Below are positions 38,025-53,000 of a stretch of 64,000 bases of DNA, in pieces. Each line of letters opens with the position of its first letter. The first letter of the stretch is position 1. The stretch spans positions 93,786 through 157,785 of the forward strand of contig JAZDHZ010000007.1 of the NCBI GenBank assembly GCA_043805415.1, in the 5' to 3' direction. The notes below the pieces were generated by a model. The model was not told where the DNA came from. It made no database searches and saw nothing but the letters and a program-made list of their open reading frames with translations. The position numbers were made by a program, and so were the translations under genes. The DNA comes from Candidatus Omnitrophota bacterium. Its GTDB lineage: Bacteria > Omnitrophota > Gorgyraeia > B26-G9.

Positions 38025-41000
38025 TTAAATCGCATTATTAACAAGCTCTCTGGTATCTTCCGGTGATAACTTCTTATCGACACCAGGGATTGCAGCATCC
38101 AAAGCATCTACAGTTGCCGGATCAGCCTCAGGCTTAATTATCATTTCTGGGGTTAAGTCAATTATCTCTTCCCCTTCTTTAGCATCAGGCTTACCGTCTT
38201 TTACCATATCAGTAGGCTCAGTTACTTCTTCCTCTGAAGCCTGGATTTCTGCCGGTGCCGGAGAGATAGCTTCATCGTTTATTGATGATGTTTCATTTTT
38301 AAGAGTATAAGTTAACAATTCTGCCTTGGCTAAAATACCTGTTAAAGTGCGGATTGCCTTTTCAATGCCTTGTTGTTCCCAATATTGTGTTAACCTGTAA
38401 GAATCTTCACGGAATTTTTCGATTTGTTTACCTGCATACTCCATAATATCCTGAGGAGTATTTAGTTTTTTTCTATCTCCCCCATCAAAAATAATATGCA
38501 TACTATCATAGTATCCAATTCTGTCTGATAACTCACCCCACATAAAATATATTTCTTGGTTAAGCGCTTCTATTTTCTGCTCCAGACTTTGCTCGGGCTT
38601 TGTTTCCTCAGAAGAAACCTCAGCAGCTTGTTCTGTAGCATCAGCTGGCTCCACATTTTGATCTGCGCTTACTGCGGAATCTGTTTCATCTGTATTATAA
38701 CTTGTATCAGTTACCGCAGCAGGCAGATTATTTCCACCATTTTGATCCTGCGGACCATTAGGTGGCTTACTATCAGTAGATGATTGACCTTGGCTAGCAG
38801 CAGCTTCTTGGGCTTTAGCCTGCTCAGCTTTCTCTTTATCCTCTTGTTGTTTTCTAATCTTAGTATCTTCCGCTTCACCAAGTTTCTTAATTTCAGTCTG
38901 TATGGCGATACCTAATTTATTATCCACGTCTTTTTTAATCTGCACAGAATTACGCTTTGCAGCAAACATCATATCTTTTGCTGCCTGATCATCTCCTGCC
39001 AAATCCTTATAGCTTTCTTTAACTTCGTCCGGCATAATTGCCCACAAAGAATCTTTAAGCAGTTTTTCATTACTTTCCTTGCTTATTAAATTATACATTT
39101 GCAATGCCGTTTCGCTATTTTTGCTGATCAGCTCCTGGGCGATCTTGGCTGGTTTTGCGCCTTCTCTGTATTCTTCAATCTGCGCTCCATCTACATTCTC
39201 AAAGGTCAGGATTTCATCCTCTGCCTCTACCTGCATCCAGAAAACTATTTTATTAAATAAATAAAGTTTTGCCTGATCTTTATTAAATGCTTGCACAAAA
39301 CCATTTGGAATCATATCCTGAGCAGTCATCAAAGCCAGCAGATCTTCAACTACTTTTTCTTTCGCATCCAAAGCATCATTCCGCGCGCCTCTTATACCTG
39401 TTCTATTCTGTGCAATAAAATCATTTACCGCACTAGTGATAAGAAATTTTCCGTCATAGACTTTACCAAATTGACCAAGATAAACATTTTCAAAATATTC
39501 TTGCATGAGTTTTAAGAGCGATGCTTTTGGATTTTCCTCCTTATTCAAAACATACTTAATATAAGGATCTACGCCAACAGCATTCCAGATCAAATCAATA
39601 TTATCCGGCACCTGCATAGCCAGAATTAATGATTCCATGTTATTTAAAACTAATGCAGGGATATTATCCTGTTTAATATCATTAATCAGATATTTCATGA
39701 GCTGATTCGCAATAATCTCTTTCTGATTGTCTTGATATTTCTCTATTATAGTATTCTGTTTACTTGAGATTGCCTGCTTTAAATTAGTTATTTCATCTTC
39801 AATCGCTTTTTGACGCGAAGCATCTTCTGTTATTTTAAGCTCTTTCTCAAGAGCGCTGAGAAGCTTCATTCTCTGGTCAATTTCTTTATTTTCATTTGCT
39901 CCGGTAGTCAATACTATCATCTGAAAAACAATACGCTCAAGATCATCTCCAGCTTCATTCCATATAACCGCATACAGGTTTTCTCTTAATTTGCTAAGCG
40001 CTGTTTTGTATTTCTTCTCTATTTCTTTTTTCTCTTCATCGCTGCCTGCGGCTTTTAACTGCTTATTGAATGCCTCGTTTAATGTAATCTCCCGCGGGAT
40101 CAGTTCCTTTAACACGTTTTTGTATTTAAATACGATCATAGGCATATCAAAATCAACCACCCTTTGATATTGACTCTTTATTGTTTCATCAGTTTTTTTA
40201 TTTAATTGTTCAAGCAGGTACTTGTTTATTTCCTGTTCATCAAAATTATTAGCCATAAGCAGAAAATATACAGCTTCCTGAGGTAATTGCTGCCAAAGAG
40301 CTTTAATTGATTCCGCTTGATTAGCGATATATTCATCCTGAGATATTTTTGACCCGTCCTTATTCATGTATTGAACGCGGTTATCGATCTCTTTTTGTGT
40401 GAATGCCGATAGTTTTTCCGGTAAAACAATGTTTTCAAAAGCAAATTTATAATTATTAACAAACTGCGCATCAGCAGTAAACAGCTCTGCGAATAAGGCT
40501 TCTGCTGCCTGTTCTTGATCTATTTGATAATCATTTGACCAGAGTTTCTTTTGATCCGCGTCTAATTTGTTCCATATCTCTGTCTTTAATTTATTTTTAA
40601 GCTCTACATCTTTTTGTTTATCCGCTATATATTTACCAATATCGCTTTTAATTCCTTGATATTTCGCATCTAAAAATATCTTGCCCAGAATATCAATCTT
40701 AGACATTTGTTTCGCGGCAATCAGCGCATCTGCAGCTGCTTTTTCCAAACTAAATTTCTCTGTTGTTTCCTTCTGGATTTGAGCACTTTTCGCATCAAAT
40801 TCTTGCGCTTTATTTATTTTCCCTTCTAACTCCGCATTCCGCAAATCCTTAGATCTCTGGAAGAAATAGCTCGGACGCGGACTATAGCGCTGAATAATTC
40901 CTTCAAAAACCAAAAAGCCCAAGAGTAGACCTAATCCCGCTATAAAATTCGGCGCGAATATAAGAATAGCCAGAAACTCAATAATATAACGCGCCGGCCG

Positions 41001-44000
41001 CACCCCGGCATCCTGGGCTTTTTCCCATTTTGCTTCATCATATTCTTGAGCGCTATACTTGGGAGTCATCATCAAGCGCAATGCCGGATATAAAATTGCC
41101 AGTGTCCACAAAGGCGCCGCGAACACGATAAAAGAAGCAAAATAAGAACTGGCCACTAAGGTGGCTACGAATGCTAAACCAAAAATAATATACGGCGCCG
41201 CAAAATAATTTCTGTCAAAAAATTGGCCATCTTTAAATAGCGGGACCCCGTGGGCTTTAAGCCAAGCTTGCTTACCGCGCCACATCGGACGGATATAAAG
41301 ATTTTTAATTCCGTTGAATATTCCGGAGAAGAATGCCTGATCCCACATGCTTTGATCGCGCTCTGACTTCCAGGCATCGCGCAAGGATTGAAATTTTGTC
41401 TTGCCTCTAGACTTCCACAAAGTACTGAACACACTGCCAGCACCTTTTAAAATTCCGGATTCAACTACATAGGTAAGAATATAAGGCCCAAATAACCAGC
41501 CAATCAGCGCGAAGAAATAAAGGAACCAGGTGGAAATAAGCATAGTGGTTACCGGAACAATAAGCATTGTAATCGGCAGGAGTATGGCCGCGATCTTTGC
41601 CGGCCAGGTCGCCAGGCTCTGACGGTAATATTTATTAAAATCCTCGTTCATTGTCTTAAGCCGTACTTCTTTTTCTGTGTAAAGAAATACTGGTCTGGCA
41701 TTAACCCCTTCGGCAATTCCCTGAACCACATAATGAGGAATAAGTATATTAAAGAAAATAAAATTCTTCGCGATCCCGGACAGAGTTACCCATATCCCTT
41801 TAGCATAACTGCCTTCGGATGCAACGTGTGCCCAGTAGGCAGGAAGATTAATCGCTTCAGCAAAGACAAAGCCGACAAATACCCAGAAATAAGGGAAGAC
41901 TAAGGCTAGGAACGGATTGACTGGAGCCAAAAGCCCGGTAAGAATAAGCCCGATGGCTGTAAAGGCAACCACGCATAGAATAACCAGTGGTTTTTTCCAA
42001 TAATGCCAAGCAGAAATAACTGTTCCCCATTTTTCATTCCAAGGGATTATATTACTGCTGATAAAACGCTTAAACTGGCGCCTCATAAGAAACTCCACAC
42101 TGCCGGCAGCCCATTTTGCCAGAGGAACTAATAAATCACTGAGAGACGGCGGCATACGCCATTGGAGTTTCATATATTCCACATGTCTGGTAACCATGCC
42201 GAAAAGCATAAATAGCAAAGCGCTGATCAGATCTTCAGATACATAATCATCCTGCAGCCCTTCGTATTTATACATAAAATCTCTTCGATAAACACCCTTA
42301 CCATAATAACCCAGAGTATCCACAGTTTCCTTAATCCGCATTACCGAACTCTGCCATGCCTTTTCCGCGAGTGCCAGGGCGCGTCCGATTGAATTAAGCT
42401 TTTCCACAAAAATCGTAACTGTAGTCAAAACAATCCCTAATTTGGGATTACGGTTGAATTCTGTTAAGACACGGAACATATTCGGCGTTTCTTCATAATT
42501 AATTTCAAGATGCGTATCCATACCCCAAACAATCTCACCGCGCACATAAGGCTGGGCAACAGCAGCGTCACCATATTTGGAAAAACGGATCTGATCGCCC
42601 TCAAAATCACGAATCTGCCCCTTTGGATCTCCTTTAGCAAGCATATGCGTATATTCACCATTATAGCGCTTAAAATCAAGCAGGAGTTTTCTTACCTGCG
42701 CATCACTTATATTCAGACTCTTAATATCCTCTTCGCTCATGGTATCAAAATTAATATTCAGGAATTGATCGATTGCCGGGCCTTTACTTTTTACCAGATT
42801 ATCTGTGGCAAAAAACTGGAACTTCAAGGTTACCAAACGCTGATATTCTTTGGCGGTTTGCAGATAATAAGACAGTTCATCAGCTGTTATCTGTGCTGCC
42901 TGAACAAACAGTTCTTTTTGCCGAGTATCAAGCGCCTTACCTTGCGCATACATCTGGCTTACAGCTGCCAGCTCTTTGGCTAATAAATCCGTGGAATCAG
43001 ATTCAAAACCCAGAATTCTAAATCTATTTAATATAACATCCAGCTGTGCTTTTGTTTGCTGATAACGATTATTTTGATAAAAATGCTCCACATACTCACG
43101 GTAGCGCTGGCGCATATAATGCTGCGACTGGACCCAGCGCCAGGTTGTCGGCATGCGGTAATTTACCCAATCCTCGATCATGTGAATAATTCCGTCAAAT
43201 ACTTCTATTCCCTGAGGCTGGGTTAGTTTTGCGCGAAGCTGCGCGATCTTTACATCTAAAGCTGCTTTTTCTCTAGAGCCCGGCATTGTTGAAAATAATA
43301 CTACTAATTCTTCCAGCGCAGCCTGATCAGCTGCATTGAGTTTGCCTTTTTCTCTGGTCCAATACTTCTGCAATAGAGCTATTTGGTTTTCATATTCATC
43401 TCTAAACCGTTGCGTCAGATGGTGGAATTTTGACGCCTTTTCCCCTTTTTCTATTCGAATAACCTCATCAAGAAAATAATAGTACTTTTCTCCTCCTCCG
43501 GCTAAAATAAAGATACTGAATACCGGCAGTTTTTCAAAGCCTTCAATGCCAGGCTGGAATCTAAAATAACCAGACATAAACCTGAGCAAACGCTGATTAG
43601 CCTCTTGATTTTTCGGCCTAGACAACTTCATCCGGTCTAACTTTGCTTTTACTGCTTCAGCATCAGTCATCTCATTCGCCGTGAACAGATAATCATTTCG
43701 TTCCTGCTCACTGATCTTTGCCTGTTCAAGCAGATGATTAATCGCGTCGTTCCAGACCTCAACCCTTAATTTACCCGAGAAATCTTCGACTTTCAGCTGA
43801 TTATTATCATCAATAAAAATCTTTTCAAGCCGGCCTTTTAAGCGCTCCGAACGCCAGGTAAATATTCTTCCGGTTAAAGGCGCTATCTTCTTGCTAAAAT
43901 GCACAGTCCAGGCGATAAAAAATGCGCCGATTTCCTTGATCGAAAAATAGGTCAAAGGCAAGAACAGCAAAAACGGCAGAACAGTTATAATGGCAAAACT

Positions 44001-47000
44001 AATTCCAAATCCCAGGCCAAGAGAACTGGTAAGCGAGCTGGCCCAAAGCATTCCGTAACTTCCAACAACATAACCCATAAAAATATTATACAGCACTGTG
44101 ACAATCATTGTCTGGCGCCAAAAACGTTTGGCCTTTAATGTCTTTAAACCAGCTGGGCCTTTTTCCGTGCCTTTGGTCCAGAAACGGTCTTCTTGTCCAA
44201 AATTAAAATTAGGATTATATTCAGAATTAAATTTTTCTATTCTATCTTTATATTCAGAAGGTAATAATTTCAAAAATAAATTAAGATAATCCGGCTGAAA
44301 TACTGTTACAATAAACGCAATAATCACAATCACACTCACCAATAAAACACTTGGAAAGAATAACGAAAGCAATCCACCAATAATAATCGTCGCGACAGTT
44401 GACAAAGCTCCGATAGGGCTAGTAAATTTATTCAGCCAATTAGCAACTTTAGTATTTTTAGCAATAGTCTTATTCGCCAATGACACAAACGGAACCATGA
44501 GTTCCCCAAAGAAGGCGATCCAGCCAATTTTATACATTTTAAGATATGTTTCATTATCTTTCAGGGCTTTATTCACTGCTGGTTTAAGCTTTGTATCCAC
44601 CAAATTCTGTATAAGCTCAGACGCTTTTGCCTCAGCGTCTTTGGCTTCTTTTGGTGTTTCTTTTAGCGGCTTTTTGGGAAGCGCGCCTAGTTCTTTGCTC
44701 AGATCAATATCCAGTTCTTTGATCGGGTCCTCATAATAACGGAACAGATCATCCATATCCTCTTGCCCAAAAAGTATGGTTGGATCAGCCAGCAATCTGC
44801 CGGTTACAGTAACTTCTTTCCTTCTATATCGCTCCAGCTTGCTCTGAATCTGATCAATAATAACCCTTCTCCAGAAACCAGCATGCAAACGCATCAGACT
44901 GACAATCTCGCTTTGTTTATCAACCTTATAAAGCGCATATGATTTGCGCATCAGGTAGCGAATTAATGGTGTACGACCAGATAAAGAACTGCCTAATCCA
45001 TAAGGCTGGCGATAAGGCAGCATAAACACTCTTTCCCACAGCTTAAACCGCAAAAGATTCGGAGTTTTCTCACCTTCAAAAGCCTCACTTTTCATAGCAT
45101 TCGCTTTATCCAGACCGATTAATTCAGGTTCCTCTATCTCAAATTCCTGATCATAAGTACCGCCTTGGATTTGCCTTATTCCATAAGGATTTTTTATTAA
45201 AACAGATAAAATTTCAGCCAGGCGTTCTCTGACGATACGATCGTATTCAGCTGTAAATTCTCCACGTGTATCAATATCAGCAAAATATTTATTGAGGTAT
45301 GGACTAAAAGCCGCGTCTATGCATTCTTCAATAATATAATAATCAATTGCAGAAGGGATTCTCTCATTATTTTGCAGTTTTTGGATAAGATCGTTAATTA
45401 CAGCTTTAAATTGTTCAAGGGTTAATAATCCAAGTCCTTCTTTATCATCTAAAAGGTTTTTAACAATTGAAGCAATCGGCGGAGTAAACATCGCGTCAAA
45501 GGAATCTTTTGGTTCCGGCAGTTTATCAGACAAAACTTTATTAAGTTCTTCAATACCCTTATCCGCGGCTAAAACTATCTCCTTCAGCTCAGCTATTACC
45601 TGCAGTCTTGATTCGCCGGAACGGGGCGGGGCGCGCAAAAGATCGCCTGAGCCGAAAATTGTATTAAGTATTTTATAATCAATACCCTGCTCATTTAAGA
45701 ACTTCTTTGCCTGATCAAGAGTTGCAAATCCTTTTTTCTTAAGATCATTAGCCGGCAATTCCTGAGCAAATGCCGTTGCCGCTGATATTGCTATATCTTT
45801 GTCAACTCCGGCAGCAGTCAACATTTTCTCCAGCTCTTTTTCATTTGTTCTGTTCAGCTGCTGCAGCCTTAAATTCGCATCATCATAGAAATCAGGGATT
45901 ATATCAGCAACCACAATATTATCCAGTATACTTGCCTTGGTTTCCGGATCAACTTCTTTTTTATCAAGAAATTCACCCAGAGCAGCTTCATCCATAAAGC
46001 TTTTTTCTTTGCGTCTTTGGTATACTATTTGGCTTGCTATATATTTTGCATTGGTTTCTGCCTGCGATAAAAGTTCTTCTCTTTGAGCTTCACTCAATTT
46101 ATCATCTTGCGCGGACTGTTCTATTTTTTCCTTATCAAAGATGAGGTTTACAATCTCATCTTCGTTCATGAGATTGATATTGTTCTTGCCTTTTTTCTTT
46201 GCCTTGTCTGCCTTTTTCTTCCAGACCAAGCCAGTAATAACATTAGCACCTACTAAATAAACCGCTAAAACAATAGGAATCACCAACCATGGAAAATAAA
46301 AACTAGTAAATGGAAGTCTGACTTTATAACTAAATACCTGTACAAATTTAAACCCTAAACCTTTGGGGCCAATAGTTACTTCCCGCATTTGACTGTCTTT
46401 ATCAAGATATTTTATTTTTACTCCATCGCCCTGAAGATCATCTTTCTTTTTCTGCTCGTTTGCCTGAGCTAATAATTTCTCAAATAATTTTTCGTCTCTA
46501 AACTTCTCGCCTTCTAACTTAATATGAAACAGTTCCAGTCCGCGTTTGCCCATATTGGCAGTCTGACTGATAACATTATTCTGAAATTTATCAAAATATA
46601 GCCACCAAAGCTGACTATTGATCATCTTTTTGCCTTCAAAAGGCACTGCTTTATCAGAAAAATGCTCTTTTTGCGACAATCCCAAACTCTGATGCATGTT
46701 TGCCCCTTTAATCAGCGGGCTGCCATTGCTTAAAAGCAGTGCTTTCTGTCCGCTTAACGAGGACAACCAGGAGGACAACCAGGACGTGCTGGTTTCGCCA
46801 ACTGAATCGGTAAGCACAAATGTATATGCATTCTGGTCATGAATACTATGATGGATTTCATATGGATGCCAGTTTTTGAGCCCGGCATTAAGATTATCGA
46901 TAACTTCCTCAGGATTATGTGAAGTATCATCACGCAATGTTGCCACCAGGTTCTGGCGCTCATCAAAAACATCGATTCTCCATCTGGGATCTTCACCCAG

Positions 47001-50000
47001 CATTTTCTTGGATATCTGGAACTTGATTCTGCCATCAGGATAATACAATGTTCGTACTTGAGCCAGCTTATCTTTGCGCATATCTTCGATATCATAAACC
47101 ATAGTCGCGTCAGGACGTAAGAAAAGATTTTTTGAATTAGCCCGAGGTTTAAATTTAGCTTTAAAGTCTTTAACTATCTGTTCTGTTGATAAACCGCTTT
47201 GCATTAAAGCTGGATTAAAATCAAAGGTATTGCTGCCCTGTGATAATCCCATATTTTTCTCTTTAAGATACTCAAGAAAAGTTACATATGTTTTTTCAAG
47301 CTCCATCAGCTTAATTTTGTCCTCGGGTCCTGACTGATAAGTACGGTCAACATAACCGTTAAATATGATTTCAAGCTCGCCTTTATTATTCTTGATTTCC
47401 ATCCACATCTGAAGCACTTTCGGGATATCCGCTGCATTAGCATCCTTAGGAGCAACAGCAATTGTCGCTGTCCGTTCCCTCATGCCTTTATCAAGCAGTG
47501 TGATAAATGCTTTATCTTTAGCATTGGAAGGATCTAATTGAATCTTCATTTTTCCCTCAAGACCAGCAAAGAAAGCAACCACATCCGCATCATCTTTAAA
47601 CCCGCCTGTCTTATATTTCTCATCAATCATCTTATCAACAATATCTTCCGCAGTACCCTGTTCCGTGCTTGTTATATCAATTAATTCTTTTATTAGATTT
47701 GCTCTGGATGCCGGCAAACGGAACAATACCCACGAATCTTCAAACTTTCGCTCCATCTTATCGGCTTTTGATTCATTTATTCCTAAGGCAGCGTTTTTGT
47801 CTTCAGGAACAAGTGTCTTTATAACCGCATAATCAACAGCGCCTGTTTTTCTGGCAAGATTAATTGCTTTTGAATAGTTAAACAATGTCCAGCCTTGTTC
47901 AGTTAAAAAAGCTGTTGTAACATCAGCAATTCCAAATTTACCATAATCAGTATCAAATCTTGCCCGCAATTGCATTATGCCTTTAAAAACTTTTTTAGCA
48001 TCCCAATATCCCCAGATATGATTTATAACTCTTCCCAATCTATCCTTTGTTTTGCGATAATGCACATCTGCTTTTGAGAAAACCTTATCGCCATCTCTAG
48101 TGAATTCTGATTTCCAATACTCGATTCCTTCATATTGTATACTGCCTTGCTTATCAAGATACCTATCTATGGAGGTCAGATGGTCAGCATACAATGCCTC
48201 TTTTGCTTTAGCTTCATCACTGTATCGTTTAAGCCATTTAGCTTGCTCTTTTTCACTTAGCTTATCCCAGAATTCCTGCTTTTTCTTAGCTTTAAACAAA
48301 GTTTCTTTTGCCGCAGCTTCATCACCTTTAGACTCTTCAAGTAATTTGTTTCTGTCTTCAATACTAATCGTATCCCAAATTGCTTCTTTTTCAATCTCAA
48401 TAAGCATTGACCTGCTGACTTTTTCCTCAAATAATCCGCTGCACATACCAGCAAGCTGATCCTGAGTAAAAGCCTTAAGATTAAACTGATCTTTCTTTTT
48501 ACTAGCTGCTATTATATCTTCAGCTATATATGCCGGTGAGATAAACCTGAGGATTTCTTTTTGATCGCTGTAATCTGATTTCAGAATACCCAGAACAGCT
48601 TTATGGAAATTATCAGCAACAATAGCTTCGCCGCCAGCAGCAGTTATTGCCGCGTTAAAAGCAGCGAGTTTTTCACCACTTAAAGTTTCCCTGTATACAT
48701 TTAAAGCCGCCCTTGCTTTGTCAAAAGTTGTTTCACCTAAACTCTTAAGAATGTCCGCGTTAGAGCGGAAGAAGAAAGACTCTCCTCTATTGGCAATACC
48801 AGCCGCATCCAGATCATCATCTTCAAAATAAGAAAATGACATTATATTTCTTTTGAAAGATTCGTACCTTAACGCCTTTTCCGACGTCAATAAACCATCA
48901 AATAAGATAATAATTCTGCCTTTATTATCTTTTACTTCCTGATAATCAAGGTTTCTCTTTCGTTGGTGCATATGGTAAATAACATTTCCTCTTTTATCTA
49001 TAAATTCCAAGTCTGATTTAGGCACATTTGACCCGGAATTAAACGGCGCGATCTGTGATTCTGTGATTAATGATTCTCCCTGATCAAATTCATGATTGAT
49101 ATTATAAGCAAAGTATTCTAAAAGCACATCAGTCACGGCAATTGTCAGCGCCTTCTTATCAGCTTTCAAGTTTGAAAGCTTCTCAAGTCCCGCGATTATT
49201 TTTTTGGCGTGATATTTCCCCTGTGTATAGTTTTCTAATTTAGCTTCAATCAGCTTAGCATCAGTTCCGCTGTTAATTATAATATCCACGATTTCAGGAG
49301 CAAGCTGATTAAAATCAATTTCTTGTTTTTTGTTTTCCTTGTTATCAAAATAAAAATATGATTGAGAATTAAAAGCAAGACCTAAAGCTCCTAGATTCTC
49401 CTTGTATTCATCAGGCCAGTCATAATTTAATTTAGAAACCCAAACCCAAATAAAATTACCATTAAATTCATATCCTGAATATTTAACCCGGATATTGCCC
49501 TTATTATCCTTTAAACCTTGCCATAACAGTTTACTCTTAGCATCATAGATTAAGGCCTTTACATATCCAGCATCATTAAGGTAATCAGTTTCTTTAAAAA
49601 CCTGCATGATAATATTTCTAAAATCATTATCTTTTAAACCTTTAAGCTTAAGCTTATTTAACTCTTCCGCAATGCTCTGAGCAGTAATAAACGCGTTTTC
49701 ATTGATTAATTTTTCTGTTGCCCGGATAATTGATTCATGTAAAGTTTTAAGTGTTTCAGCGTCAACAGTTAGTTTTAGTTTTTCTAATATTGGACTTAGC
49801 TGCTGCATCTTTAAATTAAGCAAACTACTAACTTTAAACTCATCTAAATTTTTATATTCATTGGTATCAAATTTCTGTAATATTGATAATGCCAGTAATT
49901 TATTTTCGCCTTGTTCCAATAAATTCATATCAGGATTAATCCCATAGTCATAATTCTTATCATATAAATACGTGCTGCCCAAAGTAGCTATATCAAATTT

Positions 50001-53000
50001 CCCCAAACGCTGCATCGCGCTTCTGATTTCAATACGCATCAGTTCTGGGTCTGTAATCCCCAGAGTTTTCCAGGCTTTGGCCATCTTTCCGGCAATAAAA
50101 TCAAATAGTCTAGGGTCATCATCATAATAGAATCTGGTTGATTTTTGCGGCACAAATATTCCATCTATTTTTTTACCGTCAATAGAAACAAGTACGCGGC
50201 CATGAGCATCTTTCACTTCTTGCCAAACAAGCAGAGTTCTCTTATTATCCAGCTCAACAATCATCTCGCCTCTATTGTTGAAATAATCGCTCAACTGTGT
50301 TCCCGCTTTGCCTTTATGCGGCTTCAGTACAGAAACTGAAACCGGCATGGCTGGTTCTTCTTTTGTGGTTTTATCAAGCAAATAAGTTTCACCGGACATG
50401 GCAAACCCAACCCGGCCCAGATCATTCATAACCTTTTCATTTACGCCTAATTCACCGAACTTATCCTGCTGATAAACATAATGGTATTTTGTTACTTTTA
50501 TCGGATAGTATTTATTGTCTTTGCCCTTCTCATAATCATATACTTTAATCGGACGCCCAAAATTATCTTTTATTTCTTCCCAGGTAAGCTGCTGTTTAAG
50601 ACGGACATTCTGTATCGAGATATTTCCCTCTTTACTGAAATAGTCTTCCACTTTAATAAGTTTGCTTGCCTTAACAATCTCGGTAAGCTCCGCTTGTGTG
50701 ATTTTAACTTGATATTTAGTCCCTAATAATTCTGTTAATGCTTTAACCGCTTCAAGAAATTTCTGCTCATCAGATTGTTCCAAAGCAGATACTTTATTTT
50801 GAATATCCCTTAATAACTCTTTATTCTCGGGAGCTAACTTTAATCCCGCGATAATCTTGCCGGCTAGTGTTTCCATGGTATTTAATGTTGAAAAAGCAAG
50901 TACTTCTGTATCCTCTTTAGTATCTTGATCATAAAGAAAAGTAAAACCATACAAAGCAATATTCCGGCGGCCAAGCTCATCCATTATTTCCTGGGATTTA
51001 CCTTCTTGAAGCTTGGGCAGCTTCTTTTCCCAAGCATCAAGAGCTGCTTTAAGTTCAGGATGCGCCTTGCGATAGTTATTAAAGCTTTCATAATCATAAA
51101 AATAATATGTTTTCTGATTCCTGAAAAATTCGCCGTTTTTCACAACTCCATCAAATTTAACCTGTATTTTTCCTGTGCTGTCTATCTGTTCCTCCCAATG
51201 GAGATTATTTAAAACATTTTTCATTTCCACAAGCACTTCGCCGTTATTATCGATATAAACATCGCGCGTCTTTTCCCGGCCCTGGACATCTCGGTAAGTT
51301 TCCTTCCTGTGTTTTTTAATCCGGGAAACCGACATCAGCGCGGTTTGCTCGTTCTTCTCCTGGTCATAAATATAGGTAGCGCCAATAAGCCCTACTCCAA
51401 ATTTTCCGTAGCGGTTCAGGTCGCTGACGAAACTATCATTAAACATATCCTGTCCGGATTTTATATATTCATCAACAACCGCTTTAATATCCGCGTCTTT
51501 GCCTGCTTTTTTCCGATAAGTTTCCAGGGTTTTCTTAAATTTGTCGCTCAGGATATCCCAGCCTAATTTTTCATATTCAATAATCAGCTGCCTGTAAAGT
51601 TCCGGGTTTTCTTTGCTAAATTGCTGAATTTGCTGCAAGCTGTAGAAAAAGCGTGAGGCCTGCGCCTTTTCAAAAACTTTTGTCTGCACATCAAGTTTGC
51701 CCAGGTACCGGATTATTGTTCTTCCCAGATTATCAATAAGGTCCTGACGGGTCATCCGCTGGTTAGCATTGGTCATCTGAACAAGTATGTTCCCCTGGTC
51801 ATCAACATAACTCTCTTTAATTTTTTCCGTATGATCTTTCTCATCAATATAAGCCTTTTTAAATTTCACCAGGAATGAATGTCCGACTAATCCGCCGGTT
51901 TTACCGGTTTTAGCATCGTAAGTATGGGTTTCTCCAATCATCGAAACACCATAAAGCCCGAGAATATCCATGTCCAGAGCAAAACGCGCTTCAATCCCGT
52001 ACTTTTCAGCAAGGTCTTTCTCATATTTGTAGTGGAATGTCGTTACTTTTTCAGGAATAACTCTTCCGGTTTGTTTATTGAATTTTCCGCTGTATTTAAT
52101 TTTTACGCGGCCATTACCGTCAATCACCTGCTCGCTGATTTCTTTCTTTTGCGCGTCTTTATTTAAGACCTGAACATTGCCGTCTTTGGTTAAATATTTG
52201 CCGTTCGCGTCTGCTTTTACCACTGAACCAGCGACCAAATCAAAAGGCACCGCTGCTTTTTCATCAAAGCTGAAAGTCGCGCCAATAAGCGCGATGTCAA
52301 TTTTCCCCTGACGATTTAACTCTGCCAGCAATTTCTCATCTTCTATATTGATATTTAAAGTGCTTAGTTCATCCTTAAGCTTTTTATAAGCATCCGGGAA
52401 TCTCTTCTTAAATTGATTCAACTGGTTAACACTATAAAAAGAGTGGGAAACTTTTTCCCGCACAAACTGCTTTGTCTGAGCGTCAATATGCCCGTAATAA
52501 TCTACTGTCTTTCTTCCCAGATTGTCGACTAATTGCTGCCATACCAGCTTTTGCTTAGGAGCATACATCTGCAGCAATACATTACCTTCATTGTCAAAAT
52601 AACGTCCGTCTTTAAACGGCTGGGCAACAGACCTTCCCACTGGTTCATCACTTACTCTTATTCCCCGGCCATTTTCAAACTTATACAAATAAGTTTCACC
52701 GACCATGGCTACACCCTGCAATCCCAAAGTGTCCATTGTATCGGGATCAACACCAAAAGCATCAAACTGCTTCCGCAGTTCCCTGGACTTGGCATCTTCT
52801 CCGCCGGGATATTCATAGTAAAAGGTGGTTTCTTTTTCCACGTTAAAACTCATACCTGTTTGTGAATCGCGGGCATCAATCTCAAAGGGCTTGTTTTGTC
52901 CATAGGGGATTACCTGCAGCCGGTTTTCTTTACCAGTAGCTTCTCCCATGCTCCCATCATACTTTTTAATCAAGCGGCCGTATTGGTCACGCACTTCCAG

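Noticed and set aside
42510-42983. 157-aa plus-strand ORF, plus many other 60-135-aa plus-strand ORFs between 38556 and 63785
   Set aside because: All lie antisense within the uninterrupted 26-kb minus-strand giant ORF; low-complexity antisense translations.
46773-46796. 12-nt perfect tandem duplication ggacaaccagga x2 (encoding SWLSSWLS) inside the giant ORF
   Set aside because: In-frame micro-duplication of minor consequence; not a separate feature.
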